NCBI GenBank assembly: GCA_900550495.1
Contig: URSJ01000004.1
Span: 7,908 to 71,907, forward strand
Source: an uncultured Rickettsiales bacterium
Lineage (GTDB): Bacteria; Pseudomonadota; Alphaproteobacteria; Rs-D84
Reading direction: 5' to 3'
Length of the DNA: 64,000 nt
The position numbers and the translations under genes were made by a program. Positions within the stretch are counted from its first letter, which is position 1, and each line of letters starts with the position of its first letter. Shown here piece by piece: positions 53,825 through 62,238 of the stretch. The notes below the pieces were generated by a model that was not told where the DNA came from, searched no databases, and saw only the letters and a list, made by a program, of their open reading frames with translations.

Positions 53825-54265
53825 ATGTCATCAACACGTGATGAATTTTTATCAGCAATGAAATTACGGGGTGCAATTATTGCACCCGCCGCCCCAGTAC
53901 GCGCAACCGCATTAGCAAATACTGCACTGCAAAATTTACGCGCGGCAATGCTGCCAACATTTTTACTGGACATGTATAAAACTGCCGACACAATCAATAT
54001 TGGTAACGGATATATTTTTGGCATATCTGAATTTGCACGCGGGGCAAAATTTCCTGTTCCAGACATCGTATCAATAAATCGCGAATTATCAGGAATAAAA
54101 AAACTGCGTGGGTTGACTCTGTTCGGGCGCAACGACCTGTTCTGGTTTGCATTTGATTCATTTGGAACATGTATGATGTTGGACAACCTGAACTTGGGGG
54201 TATTGCGGAAGTATGATAACCCATATCGCGCAATGTCTGATTGTTTGCTGGGGGGAAAATTTTAA
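53825..54265 (+). CDS. Hypothetical protein, SUKH/SMI1-KNR4-like by eye (146 aa)
   Basis: Motifs LPTFLLDMYKTADTINIGNGYIFG and LTLFGRNDLFWFAFDSFGTCMMLD resemble the SUKH-1 immunity-protein layout. Confidence 0.45.
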   Translation: MSSTRDEFLSAMKLRGAIIAPAAPVRATALANTALQNLRAAMLPTFLLDMYKTADTINIGNGYIFGISEFARGAKFPVPDIVSINRELSGIKKLRGLTLFGRNDLFWFAFDSFGTCMMLDNLNLGVLRKYDNPYRAMSDCLLGGKF

Positions 54266-54268
54266 TCC

Positions 54269-54466
54269 ATGAAAAAAATATCTGTTTCTTTGTCAGGCCA
54301 CCACACCAGCATATCGCTGGAATCAGAATTTATCGACGCATTACACGAAATCGCCACACGCCAATCCAAAACGGTCAGCACAATAATAAATGAAATTGAT
54401 AAATCCCGCACAACCAATAATCTATCGTCTGCGATACGCGTGTGGGTTCTGAAAAACTATAAATAA
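54269..54466 (+). CDS. Ribbon-helix-helix protein (RHH_4-type, 65 aa)
   Basis: VSLSGHHTSISLESEFIDALHEIATRQSKTVSTIINEID..NLSSAIRVWVL matches the alphaproteobacterial RHH_4 pattern. Confidence 0.65.
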   Translation: MKKISVSLSGHHTSISLESEFIDALHEIATRQSKTVSTIINEIDKSRTTNNLSSAIRVWVLKNYK

Positions 54467-54478
54467 AAGGGCCAGTAT

Positions 54479-56488
54479 TTACCGGCCTTTTTTATTACCA
54501 AACAGTATTGCACCACATGCGGCAATTGCCAAGATTATAATCAGCATACCATCACGCCCAATGTATCGATACGGCGTTTTGTGTACCCCGCACACCACGC
54601 CATCCATCACACCAGTCGCAGCAATATCAATTTGCGAAATAATTTCACCATCAGCGGCAACAAACGCACTGATTCCAGAATAATTTGCACGAACAATTGG
54701 CAATCCACTTTCAATCGCATAACGACGCACCATATCTAAATGCTGGTACGTGCCAGGTGTCGCGCCAAACCAATTGTCATTTGTTATATTCACAATTGCA
54801 TCAACCGTCGCACCACGCGGAACCAACGAATCGGTAAATATTATTTCATAACAAATTGCTGGAACAAAATTAAACGCTATACCGTCCAAATTCATCGAAA
54901 TAACACGTGGCCCACCACCGGCAGTCAGGTTCGCCGGCGACGGCATTATGCCAAACGGACTGTATTCGCCAAAGGGCACCAAGTGTGATTTATGGTAAAC
55001 ATCGGTAACCGTGCCAGCATTATTTGCAACAATCATTGAATTGTAAATGTTACCATTTGCGATTGATGTTGCACCAATAATAATTGGCCGCCCCAACGCG
55101 TCTGACAACGGCATATCGTCATCAGTCATTGCAAACGGATATGTCGTTTCTGGGAACACAATTAAATCAGGTGTTGCATCATCACGCGACAACGCAATCA
55201 GGTTTTGAACATTGCGTTCTGCCTGGGCAATGCGGTCGGCATGCGACGAGTATTGCATTTTTGTTGACTGTGACTGTGCTGGCTGAACAATTCTAATAAC
55301 TGGATGTGCAATATTTGCGTCATTGCATTTTGACATACCAATATTATGTATGCCCCAACCCAACCCACACAGTGCAAGTATCAGGAACACAAAAAATGAT
55401 GCGTATGATTTTTGTCGCAACATTTCAACCACCCCGGCGACCAATCCCAAAATAACGAACGTCAGCCCCAAAGCCCCCCACAGCGACATAGAATTTGCAA
55501 TCATTGGCATTGACAATGTGATATTCGCAATCGGATTCCATGGAAATCCAGAACAGAACCATTCGCGCAGCCATAAAACAAGTGTCCACGTGCCCGCGAA
55601 TACAAATGGTCGCGCGGCGGTTGCTACGCGCGTGCGCACAGACAATATAAATGGCCACACAAATACGACCGCCCCAAACAACGCAATACCAACCAGACTG
55701 GGGATTGTCCAAATTGCAAACTGGGCCTGTAATTCTGGGACAACGTATATAGAATGCAACGTCCACCAGAACATGACCAAACTGTATGCCGCGCCAAACG
55801 GCATTGCCCGCAACCACAATCGTGCGACGCCAACCTTGTCAACTGCGCCACGCACAATTATCCAGTATGCCATGCCAATTGCGGCAATTGTCACAAACCA
55901 TAAATTAAACGGCGCAAAACCTAACGCTGCTATAGCCCCCAGCAGCCCCATAAAAATATATTGCCCCCAACCATTCGGACGCAGACGCATGCGCCGCAAA
56001 AACGCAACAAGCCCTGCCCCCGGACAACATTTCTCGTCCGTGCATGGCCGACTTTCTTCTTCGCCTGCATATGGATTTTTATATCCCAACCTTTCCATAA
56101 TTTTTATTTCCAGTGTTTCCATCTCTGCTGCTTGGTCATCGGTAATATGGTCATATCCAACCAAGTGCAACGTGCCGTGCACAACCATATGCGCCGTATG
56201 TTCAGAAACAGAAATTCCAGCTGCGGCAGCCTGGGCCGCAACGGTATCCAACGATATATAAATATCACCCAACAATATCGGGTCGCCTAATTCAAATGAC
56301 AAAACATTTGTTGGCTTGTCAATACCACGATATTTACGATTTAATGTATGAATTTCTGTGTCATTGGTCAGTGTAATCGAAACCTCAGCCGATTTATACG
56401 AATTCCCCAGTGCTATACGCACAATTTTTTCAAAATCAATTTTATACTTTTTCCAACGCTTGTCGTTGTAATTCACATATACTTTCAT
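54479..56488 (-). CDS. ybeY/lnt: In-frame fusion ORF: YbeY endoribonuclease (aa 1-140) plus apolipoprotein N-acyltransferase Lnt (aa ~167-669)
   Basis: YbeY motif HGTLHLVGYDH. There is no stop codon before the Lnt TM domain and CN-hydrolase triad contexts (VFPETT, HKSHLVPFGEY, ICYE). An internal in-frame ATG lies at 55990. Confidence 0.85.
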   Translation of the reverse strand: MKVYVNYNDKRWKKYKIDFEKIVRIALGNSYKSAEVSITLTNDTEIHTLNRKYRGIDKPTNVLSFELGDPILLGDIYISLDTVAAQAAAAGISVSEHTAHMVVHGTLHLVGYDHITDDQAAEMETLEIKIMERLGYKNPYAGEEESRPCTDEKCCPGAGLVAFLRRMRLRPNGWGQYIFMGLLGAIAALGFAPFNLWFVTIAAIGMAYWIIVRGAVDKVGVARLWLRAMPFGAAYSLVMFWWTLHSIYVVPELQAQFAIWTIPSLVGIALFGAVVFVWPFILSVRTRVATAARPFVFAGTWTLVLWLREWFCSGFPWNPIANITLSMPMIANSMSLWGALGLTFVILGLVAGVVEMLRQKSYASFFVFLILALCGLGWGIHNIGMSKCNDANIAHPVIRIVQPAQSQSTKMQYSSHADRIAQAERNVQNLIALSRDDATPDLIVFPETTYPFAMTDDDMPLSDALGRPIIIGATSIANGNIYNSMIVANNAGTVTDVYHKSHLVPFGEYSPFGIMPSPANLTAGGGPRVISMNLDGIAFNFVPAICYEIIFTDSLVPRGATVDAIVNITNDNWFGATPGTYQHLDMVRRYAIESGLPIVRANYSGISAFVAADGEIISQIDIAATGVMDGVVCGVHKTPYRYIGRDGMLIIILAIAACGAILFGNKKGR

Positions 56489-56509
56489 TTGAATTTTTTC
56501 CCGAAATTT

Positions 56510-58390
56510 TTATGCAACATAATCGTCGTGTGTGGCCAAATCATGCACATTGCGCATTTTTACTATGTCTGATTTTTTAACTTTTTCTGTCCCAGAATTA
56601 AACACGAAGCGTTTGCCACGCGCATTTTTGACGTTTTTAACACGAGCCAACTGAGTAACACGCACAACATCCGATTGCGCACGTTTATTCCCATTAGCAA
56701 CCGCCAATCTATAGTTCGCTAATGCTCGCTGTAAATTACCCTTTTGTTCATAGGCCACCCCGGCATTATAATATGCGGCACCAAATTGTTTTTTATCCTT
56801 GATGCGTGTTATCACCTCACGCGATTGCATTATGGCCATGTCATACTTCGCCATTTTATTATACGTCGCGGCCAAATCATTACGCAAGCTCGCATCATTG
56901 GGCGCCTTTTCAATCAGTGATAAAAATTTGTCGATTGCATCTGAGTATTTGCCTTTTTTGTATGCAGATGTTGCACTGGCATACAACTTATCGTAATCTT
57001 GGGACGCGGGTACGGCATCAAAAGACACAATCGGCGCAGACCTGATTACGCGTGGTGCTTGGGCATATACATTTATATCAGTTCCTAATTCACATTTATT
57101 ATTTTGACATTGCGCCAAAATATTTTCTGGCAAAAAATCTTTGACCTTGGGCGCATTTGCGATTGATTTTCCATGACGATCGACAGGATTTTTGACCCAC
57201 TTGCGAAACTTGGCATACAACTTATTGTTTACCGTGCGATGCTCTTCATCGCCAGTAAAAAATTTTGTTTTTTCGCCTCCGACCATTTTATAGAATTCAT
57301 ACATTCCCCCCATTGGACATTCCATCAACATTTCTGGTGTCACATTCCCGGTCAGCACACCTGCCTCTAGCCACCGACGCCAACGCAGTCCTGTGCCACC
57401 AACCAAGAAATTCCCGATACGCCCAGCAACAACATTTGAACTTTTGCCATGTAACCAAGCACGTCCAAAACTGGTTTCCGCCGTTGTCGGAAATTCTGCA
57501 AACCGCTGTCGCACCAAATTATCCGGCATGTTTGTTCCATACTTTTTAAAATCCTGACGCAGACGCTCAAAACGTTCACGGTGATTTTTATCGCGCGGAT
57601 TTTCAATCATCTTGGTTCCTGTATTGTATATAATTGACGCCATCGCCAATGCCTCGGCCGTATTATTTATATCGACCCCTTCCATTGCGACATTATAACA
57701 ATACATTGTAAAATACGTTTCCCCATGTTCCAGATGCCAACGCGCCAAATCATATGCCTGCTGTGTTGTAATTGGTTTTGTATCCTTGGTCACACTGGTT
57801 CCATCGGGCAATATTGTTGAGCCAAATCCAATCGTCCAAACACCACGACTATCCTTGTATGGAATATGCAGACCTGTTTTTTTATCCACCTTGACTCCTT
57901 CTTTGGCAAGCAGGTCAGCAATCAAAAATGGTGTGATTGAACGCATACGTTCCAAATAGGCCCCATACGTATTTGGTTGCACACGCTTTACCGTCTGTTC
58001 AATATGATATTCTTGGGGTGCAACGTGGGCAACATCAGTCTGGCTATCACGTGCCATCTTTACACCACCCAATGTCATTACAAACATCAGGTAATACAAT
58101 AAATGTGCCGACAAATTAGGATATTTTTTTAAAAATTCAGAAATCTTTTTATTCTCACCGTTTTTATTTTTTGAAATTTCCTTGCTTGCATTTCTGCGTT
58201 CCATCGCGCGCAACAAATGGTTGTCCAATGTCGTATACTTGGCCGCCCACAACAAAAATTGAAACAACGCTGTGGTTGTCATTCCAGTGGCACGAACAAA
58301 TGTATTCGTGTTTGATTGAGCAATTTTCTTGGTCAATCTTCCCATCGCACGATGCGGTGCATTTACAACCTTTCTAAATTTTTCGGACAT
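56510..58390 (-). CDS. Membrane-anchored GH24 lysozyme-like protein with C-terminal TPR repeats (626 aa)
   Basis: AKEG..YKDSRGVWTIGFGST has Glu, Asp and Thr in phage-lysozyme order. TM segments at aa 40-55 and 95-110. TPR-like repeats (AAYYNAGVAYEQKGNLQRALANYRLAV). Confidence 0.7.
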   Translation of the reverse strand: MSEKFRKVVNAPHRAMGRLTKKIAQSNTNTFVRATGMTTTALFQFLLWAAKYTTLDNHLLRAMERRNASKEISKNKNGENKKISEFLKKYPNLSAHLLYYLMFVMTLGGVKMARDSQTDVAHVAPQEYHIEQTVKRVQPNTYGAYLERMRSITPFLIADLLAKEGVKVDKKTGLHIPYKDSRGVWTIGFGSTILPDGTSVTKDTKPITTQQAYDLARWHLEHGETYFTMYCYNVAMEGVDINNTAEALAMASIIYNTGTKMIENPRDKNHRERFERLRQDFKKYGTNMPDNLVRQRFAEFPTTAETSFGRAWLHGKSSNVVAGRIGNFLVGGTGLRWRRWLEAGVLTGNVTPEMLMECPMGGMYEFYKMVGGEKTKFFTGDEEHRTVNNKLYAKFRKWVKNPVDRHGKSIANAPKVKDFLPENILAQCQNNKCELGTDINVYAQAPRVIRSAPIVSFDAVPASQDYDKLYASATSAYKKGKYSDAIDKFLSLIEKAPNDASLRNDLAATYNKMAKYDMAIMQSREVITRIKDKKQFGAAYYNAGVAYEQKGNLQRALANYRLAVANGNKRAQSDVVRVTQLARVKNVKNARGKRFVFNSGTEKVKKSDIVKMRNVHDLATHDDYVA

Positions 58391-58392
58391 TT

Positions 58393-58767
58393 TTATTTTC
58401 CCCGTTTTGTTTTCCCCAGACCAGACTTCTTGGCAATTTTAGACCGATGCAACGCATAATTTGGCGCAACAAATGGATAATCTGCTGGCAATCCCCACTT
58501 TTCGCGATACGCATCTGGCGTCATGTTAAATTTACGTTGGATATAACGACGCAGCATAATATGCCATGTGCCGTCTTCCAGACATTGAATCTTGTCAGGA
58601 CGGACTGATGCCGCAATCTGGGCCGGCGTTGCCGACGCACCACGCAATGTTTCACGCGCCGCCGCAACTGCAGCCGCCATCGTCAGCCCTGGATTCGCCG
58701 CGATTGCAGCCGCCGCCAGATTGGCGACCGCCAATGTAAAGTCAGAATTTTTATCGTTATTTATCAA
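58393..58767 (-). CDS. mucR: MucR/Ros family transcriptional regulator with a degenerate zinc site
   Basis: IQCLEDGTWHIMLRRYIQRKFNMTPDAYREKWGLPADYPFVAPNYALHRSKIAKKSGLG. TTG start behind an AAGGGA SD. Confidence 0.85.
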   Translation of the reverse strand: MINNDKNSDFTLAVANLAAAAIAANPGLTMAAAVAAARETLRGASATPAQIAASVRPDKIQCLEDGTWHIMLRRYIQRKFNMTPDAYREKWGLPADYPFVAPNYALHRSKIAKKSGLGKTKRGK

Positions 58768-58797
58768 TTGATAATCCCTTGGATATTTAATACAGTT

Positions 58798-58806
58798 ATT
58801 ATATCA
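58798..58806 (-). promoter_or_regulatory. Extended -10 element TGATATAAT for mucR
   Basis: Gene-orientation sequence TTTTGTGATATAAT, about 30 nt upstream of TTG 58767. Confidence 0.5.
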
Positions 58807-58848
58807 CAAAATAAACAATAAATAAAATTAAAGTAAAACAAATATAAA

Positions 58849-60129
58849 ATGCCAAACGATACCAGACCTCTTGCCGATTTAATGCGTCCCCAAACCATTG
58901 ACGACGTCATCGGCCAGGCACAACTATTGGGTGAAAACGGTCTGGTACGTCGCATGGTTGATAATCGAAAATTATCAAATCTGATTTTATGGGGGCCACC
59001 GGGATGTGGGAAAACCACAATTGCACGCGCACTGGCAAATTCGGTTGATATGGATTTTGTGCCGATGTCTGCGGTATTTTCTGGCACGGCCGATATAAAA
59101 AAGGCAATGGAGACCGCGAAATTAAATCGCAACCTGGGGCGCAACACATTATTATTTATTGACGAAATACACCGTTTTAACAAAACGCAACAGGATACAT
59201 TGCTGCCCTATCTGGAAGATGGCACAGTTGTATTCATGGGCGCAACCACCGAAAACCCCAGTTTTAATTTGAACAATGCGCTATTGTCACGATGTCACGT
59301 TGGGATTCTGTCAGGATTGTCGCATGATGATTTAATGGAATTGATAAATCGCGCTGAAAAATTTACGGGTAAAAAACTCCCCCTGAACGAAGATGCACGT
59401 GCCCACTTGTCCGACATTGCTGATGGTGATGCGCGTTTCTTGTTGAACACAGTTGAATATTTAATCAACGCAAATTTCAAACAGACTTTGGACGCAGATA
59501 GTCTGGACACCGCCGTTCAAAAGCGTGCACCATTATCCGACAAATCAGGCGACGAACACTATAATTTGATTTCTGCTGTGCATAAATCACTACGTGCATC
59601 GGACACCGATGCGGCCCTGTATTGGACGGCACGCATGATGACATCAGGCCAAGACCCAATGTATCTGTTTCGACGTCTGGCGCGTTTTGCAATGGAAGAT
59701 GTCGGTCTGGCCGACCCGAACGCAATGCAAATTGCGCTGACAGCATGGCAATTATATGAACGCATGGGCAGTCCCGAAGGCGACCTGGCACTGACAGAAT
59801 TGGTAATTTATTTGGGCACCGCACCAAAAAGTATTGGAAATTATCGTGCACAAAATGCGGCGTATGCTGCCGCCCGCGCCACAGGCAGCATTCCACCACC
59901 AAAAAACATTTTGAACGCGCCGACAAAAATGATGAAAAATTTAGGATATGGCGCAGGATATATTTATGAGCCGGATACTGCATCAGGATTTTCTGGACAA
60001 AACTGTTTCCCAGAATCAATGCCGCGGCAAAAATTCTATACCCCTGTTGAACGCGGTTTTGAACGCGAAATTAAAAAGCGTTTGGAATACTGGGATACAT
60101 TACGTGAAAAATTAAACACAAAAAAATAA
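58849..60129 (+). CDS. rarA: Replication-associated recombination protein A (RarA/MgsA)
   Basis: AAA+ Walker A GPPGCGKTT, Walker B LFIDEIHRFNK, and the MgsA C-terminal domain (HYNLISAVHKSLRASDTDAALYW). Confidence 0.92.
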   Translation: MPNDTRPLADLMRPQTIDDVIGQAQLLGENGLVRRMVDNRKLSNLILWGPPGCGKTTIARALANSVDMDFVPMSAVFSGTADIKKAMETAKLNRNLGRNTLLFIDEIHRFNKTQQDTLLPYLEDGTVVFMGATTENPSFNLNNALLSRCHVGILSGLSHDDLMELINRAEKFTGKKLPLNEDARAHLSDIADGDARFLLNTVEYLINANFKQTLDADSLDTAVQKRAPLSDKSGDEHYNLISAVHKSLRASDTDAALYWTARMMTSGQDPMYLFRRLARFAMEDVGLADPNAMQIALTAWQLYERMGSPEGDLALTELVIYLGTAPKSIGNYRAQNAAYAAARATGSIPPPKNILNAPTKMMKNLGYGAGYIYEPDTASGFSGQNCFPESMPRQKFYTPVERGFEREIKKRLEYWDTLREKLNTKK

Positions 60130-60132
60130 ATA

Positions 60133-60852
60133 TCAGAATAAAATATTTACCTGGGCACCAACTTGGAAATCATCGCTTTCGAATTCATAGTCAATATGTC
60201 CAACGTATTGTGTATGTCCATATTGACGGACAAATTTTGCCCCCAACCATTCTTGGTTATAATCTGGATTTGTTGCTTTGCGCCACGTAAAGTCCAATCC
60301 GATTCGCATATCCGGGGCAATACGAAAATATGCCTCGGGTGTCATATCAATGTACGACATTCCGCGTTCATCATCAAAAATCCAATTGGATTTAATTGTC
60401 CCAGCCAATGTAAATTCTGTCCATTGGCGTCCGAAACGCAGTCCGGCATAATACGTAGAATCGGCAAAATACGGGGTGCGAACATGTGATGAACCACCTA
60501 GTTTCAAACCGAATAAAACATCAGAAATCATACGTGCATCATTATCATCGGCGTGCGCCAAGCGATAAATGCCACCAAAATCAGCAGCCGAAAATCCGTC
60601 TTCGTCACCATCAAAATCCAACTGATAATGAATATTCGCCCCCAGTGTTAAACGGTCATTTATACCATATGATAAATCCTGACCTGCACGCAAAATATTA
60701 TCCCAAAAAGTTAATGTGGACTTTGATAAAATTTCCTTGTATCCCTGCATATACAGTGGATCTGATGTGTCACCATCTGCCGCCATCACTGGTGCAGCCA
60801 CAAAAATACCAACCCACAAAAAAACGACTGATAATAATTTACGCATCGTCAC
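60133..60852 (-). CDS. Beta-barrel outer membrane protein (239 aa)
   Basis: Signal peptide ..APVMA. Alternating strands with a C-terminal ..QVNILF. Shares the LSYGIND..LG motif with the next gene. Confidence 0.7.
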   Translation of the reverse strand: MTMRKLLSVVFLWVGIFVAAPVMAADGDTSDPLYMQGYKEILSKSTLTFWDNILRAGQDLSYGINDRLTLGANIHYQLDFDGDEDGFSAADFGGIYRLAHADDNDARMISDVLFGLKLGGSSHVRTPYFADSTYYAGLRFGRQWTEFTLAGTIKSNWIFDDERGMSYIDMTPEAYFRIAPDMRIGLDFTWRKATNPDYNQEWLGAKFVRQYGHTQYVGHIDYEFESDDFQVGAQVNILF

Positions 60853-60918
60853 AGTACCCTTGTTCAGTATGCTCGTTGGCGCACGATGTCGTGCGCCAAA
60901 CTATTTCATTGCCCCCGG

Positions 60919-62148
60919 CTAGAATTGGAATATCGCCTGCAATCCCACAGTTGTTTCTGAATAACTGCTGATTTTTGCATCACCATGCTGCTGCCATTGA
61001 TACACAGGAACACCCGACGCATTTAATGCACCATATGCCCAGTATCCTAATGTTTTGTCATCGGCACTGTCATAAATTGATGTCTTGCCATACAGGTTTA
61101 ATGCGAACCAATCATTTGGTTGCCACCCAATTGCCGCCTTTAACGACGCTTGGTTATGCCAGTCATAGTTGCCAAACAACGCTTCCAGGTTAAATGTCCA
61201 ATCTTGGTCTAAAACGCTAAACACACCCAGTCCGCCTTCAACATAAAACGCGCTGTCAACATCAGTCTTGTATGCTATAAAGATACTGGAATCATTGCCT
61301 TCGGCGGTTTTTCCCTCTATCCCATTACCATATGAATTACTGTCAAAGTCGACATACCAACCGCGCACCAAACCATAGATTGTTGACGACGAAATCTTGT
61401 ACCCAGCCTTGACATCCAAAATGAAATTATTGGAAATATCTTTCTGATGCTGGTAATACGCAGATGCGGTTGCAATCCATTTGTCGTTATCGATAAAACG
61501 CCACTGGCCGCCCAGCCCGAACAGATTCAAATCATTGTTATCCATTTTATCATCTGGTGCGGTGGACCAATCAAATTTATATTTTGCAAAATCATACTGC
61601 AACATACCCAAGACCGCGATACGGTCGGTAATACCATAACTGAAATCTTCCTTAATAGAAAACTGTTTGCCGTCCCACTTGGCCTTGGTATCAGAAATAT
61701 CATACCCAGACAATGGTGTCAGTTTAATATCATACGAATTCATACCATATGACAAATCGGTTATCGAACCAAACTTGCCACCCAACGGCTGAAAGAACGG
61801 ATGCGCCAAGAAATATTTGCGCTTTAATTCACTGCGATATGTATCCGCACGCGTTGTGCGAACATTTGTAGTTTTTGTTGTGCGCCCCGCTTCATACTGT
61901 TTATACAGCGCGCTGCGATTCTGTGGCTGGGTGTAATAAGTATTCTTTGCGTCCTTGGCATCATATGTTCTCGTGGTTGTGCGAGTCTGATATTTTTGAT
62001 AATTTACATTTGTGCGTGCACGCGTCGCCGGCTGGTTTGAAAAATCAACACTTGATGCCGCGCGTCCGCCCGTATTTGTTACCGCCAAGACCGGGTTCAT
62101 TCCCAACATTGCAACAGCCCAAATAAACAAAGACATTTGCTTTTTCAT
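60919..62148 (-). CDS. Beta-barrel outer membrane protein (409 aa) with a Thr/Arg-rich N-terminal extension
   Basis: Signal peptide ..NPVLA. C-terminal ..GLQAIFQF. Motifs LSYGMNS and FSYGITDRIAVLG. Confidence 0.7.
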   Translation of the reverse strand: MKKQMSLFIWAVAMLGMNPVLAVTNTGGRAASSVDFSNQPATRARTNVNYQKYQTRTTTRTYDAKDAKNTYYTQPQNRSALYKQYEAGRTTKTTNVRTTRADTYRSELKRKYFLAHPFFQPLGGKFGSITDLSYGMNSYDIKLTPLSGYDISDTKAKWDGKQFSIKEDFSYGITDRIAVLGMLQYDFAKYKFDWSTAPDDKMDNNDLNLFGLGGQWRFIDNDKWIATASAYYQHQKDISNNFILDVKAGYKISSSTIYGLVRGWYVDFDSNSYGNGIEGKTAEGNDSSIFIAYKTDVDSAFYVEGGLGVFSVLDQDWTFNLEALFGNYDWHNQASLKAAIGWQPNDWFALNLYGKTSIYDSADDKTLGYWAYGALNASGVPVYQWQQHGDAKISSYSETTVGLQAIFQF

Positions 62149-62174
62149 AAAAAAACTCCTTTTTCGTTACGTAA

Positions 62175-62183
62175 ATTATACCA
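62175..62183 (-). promoter_or_regulatory. Extended -10 element TGGTATAAT for the OMP gene at 60919-62148
   Basis: Gene-orientation sequence TTGTGGTATAAT followed by an AAGGAG SD. Confidence 0.45.
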
Positions 62184-62208
62184 CAAAACGCATATATAAA
62201 AAAGCATA

Positions 62209-62237
62209 AAAAACACCGGCAAATGCCGGTATTTTTT
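62209..62237. terminator. Bidirectional terminator after ftsK
   Basis: A6, hairpin ACCGGC-AAAT-GCCGGT, then a T-rich run. Confidence 0.75.
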
Positions 62238-62238
62238 A

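Noticed and set aside
56510-58390. A prophage or mobile element inferred from the phage-type lysozyme.
   Set aside because: No integrase, terminase, capsid, tail, holin or transposase genes occur anywhere in the window. The lysozyme domain is embedded in a large TM and TPR protein.
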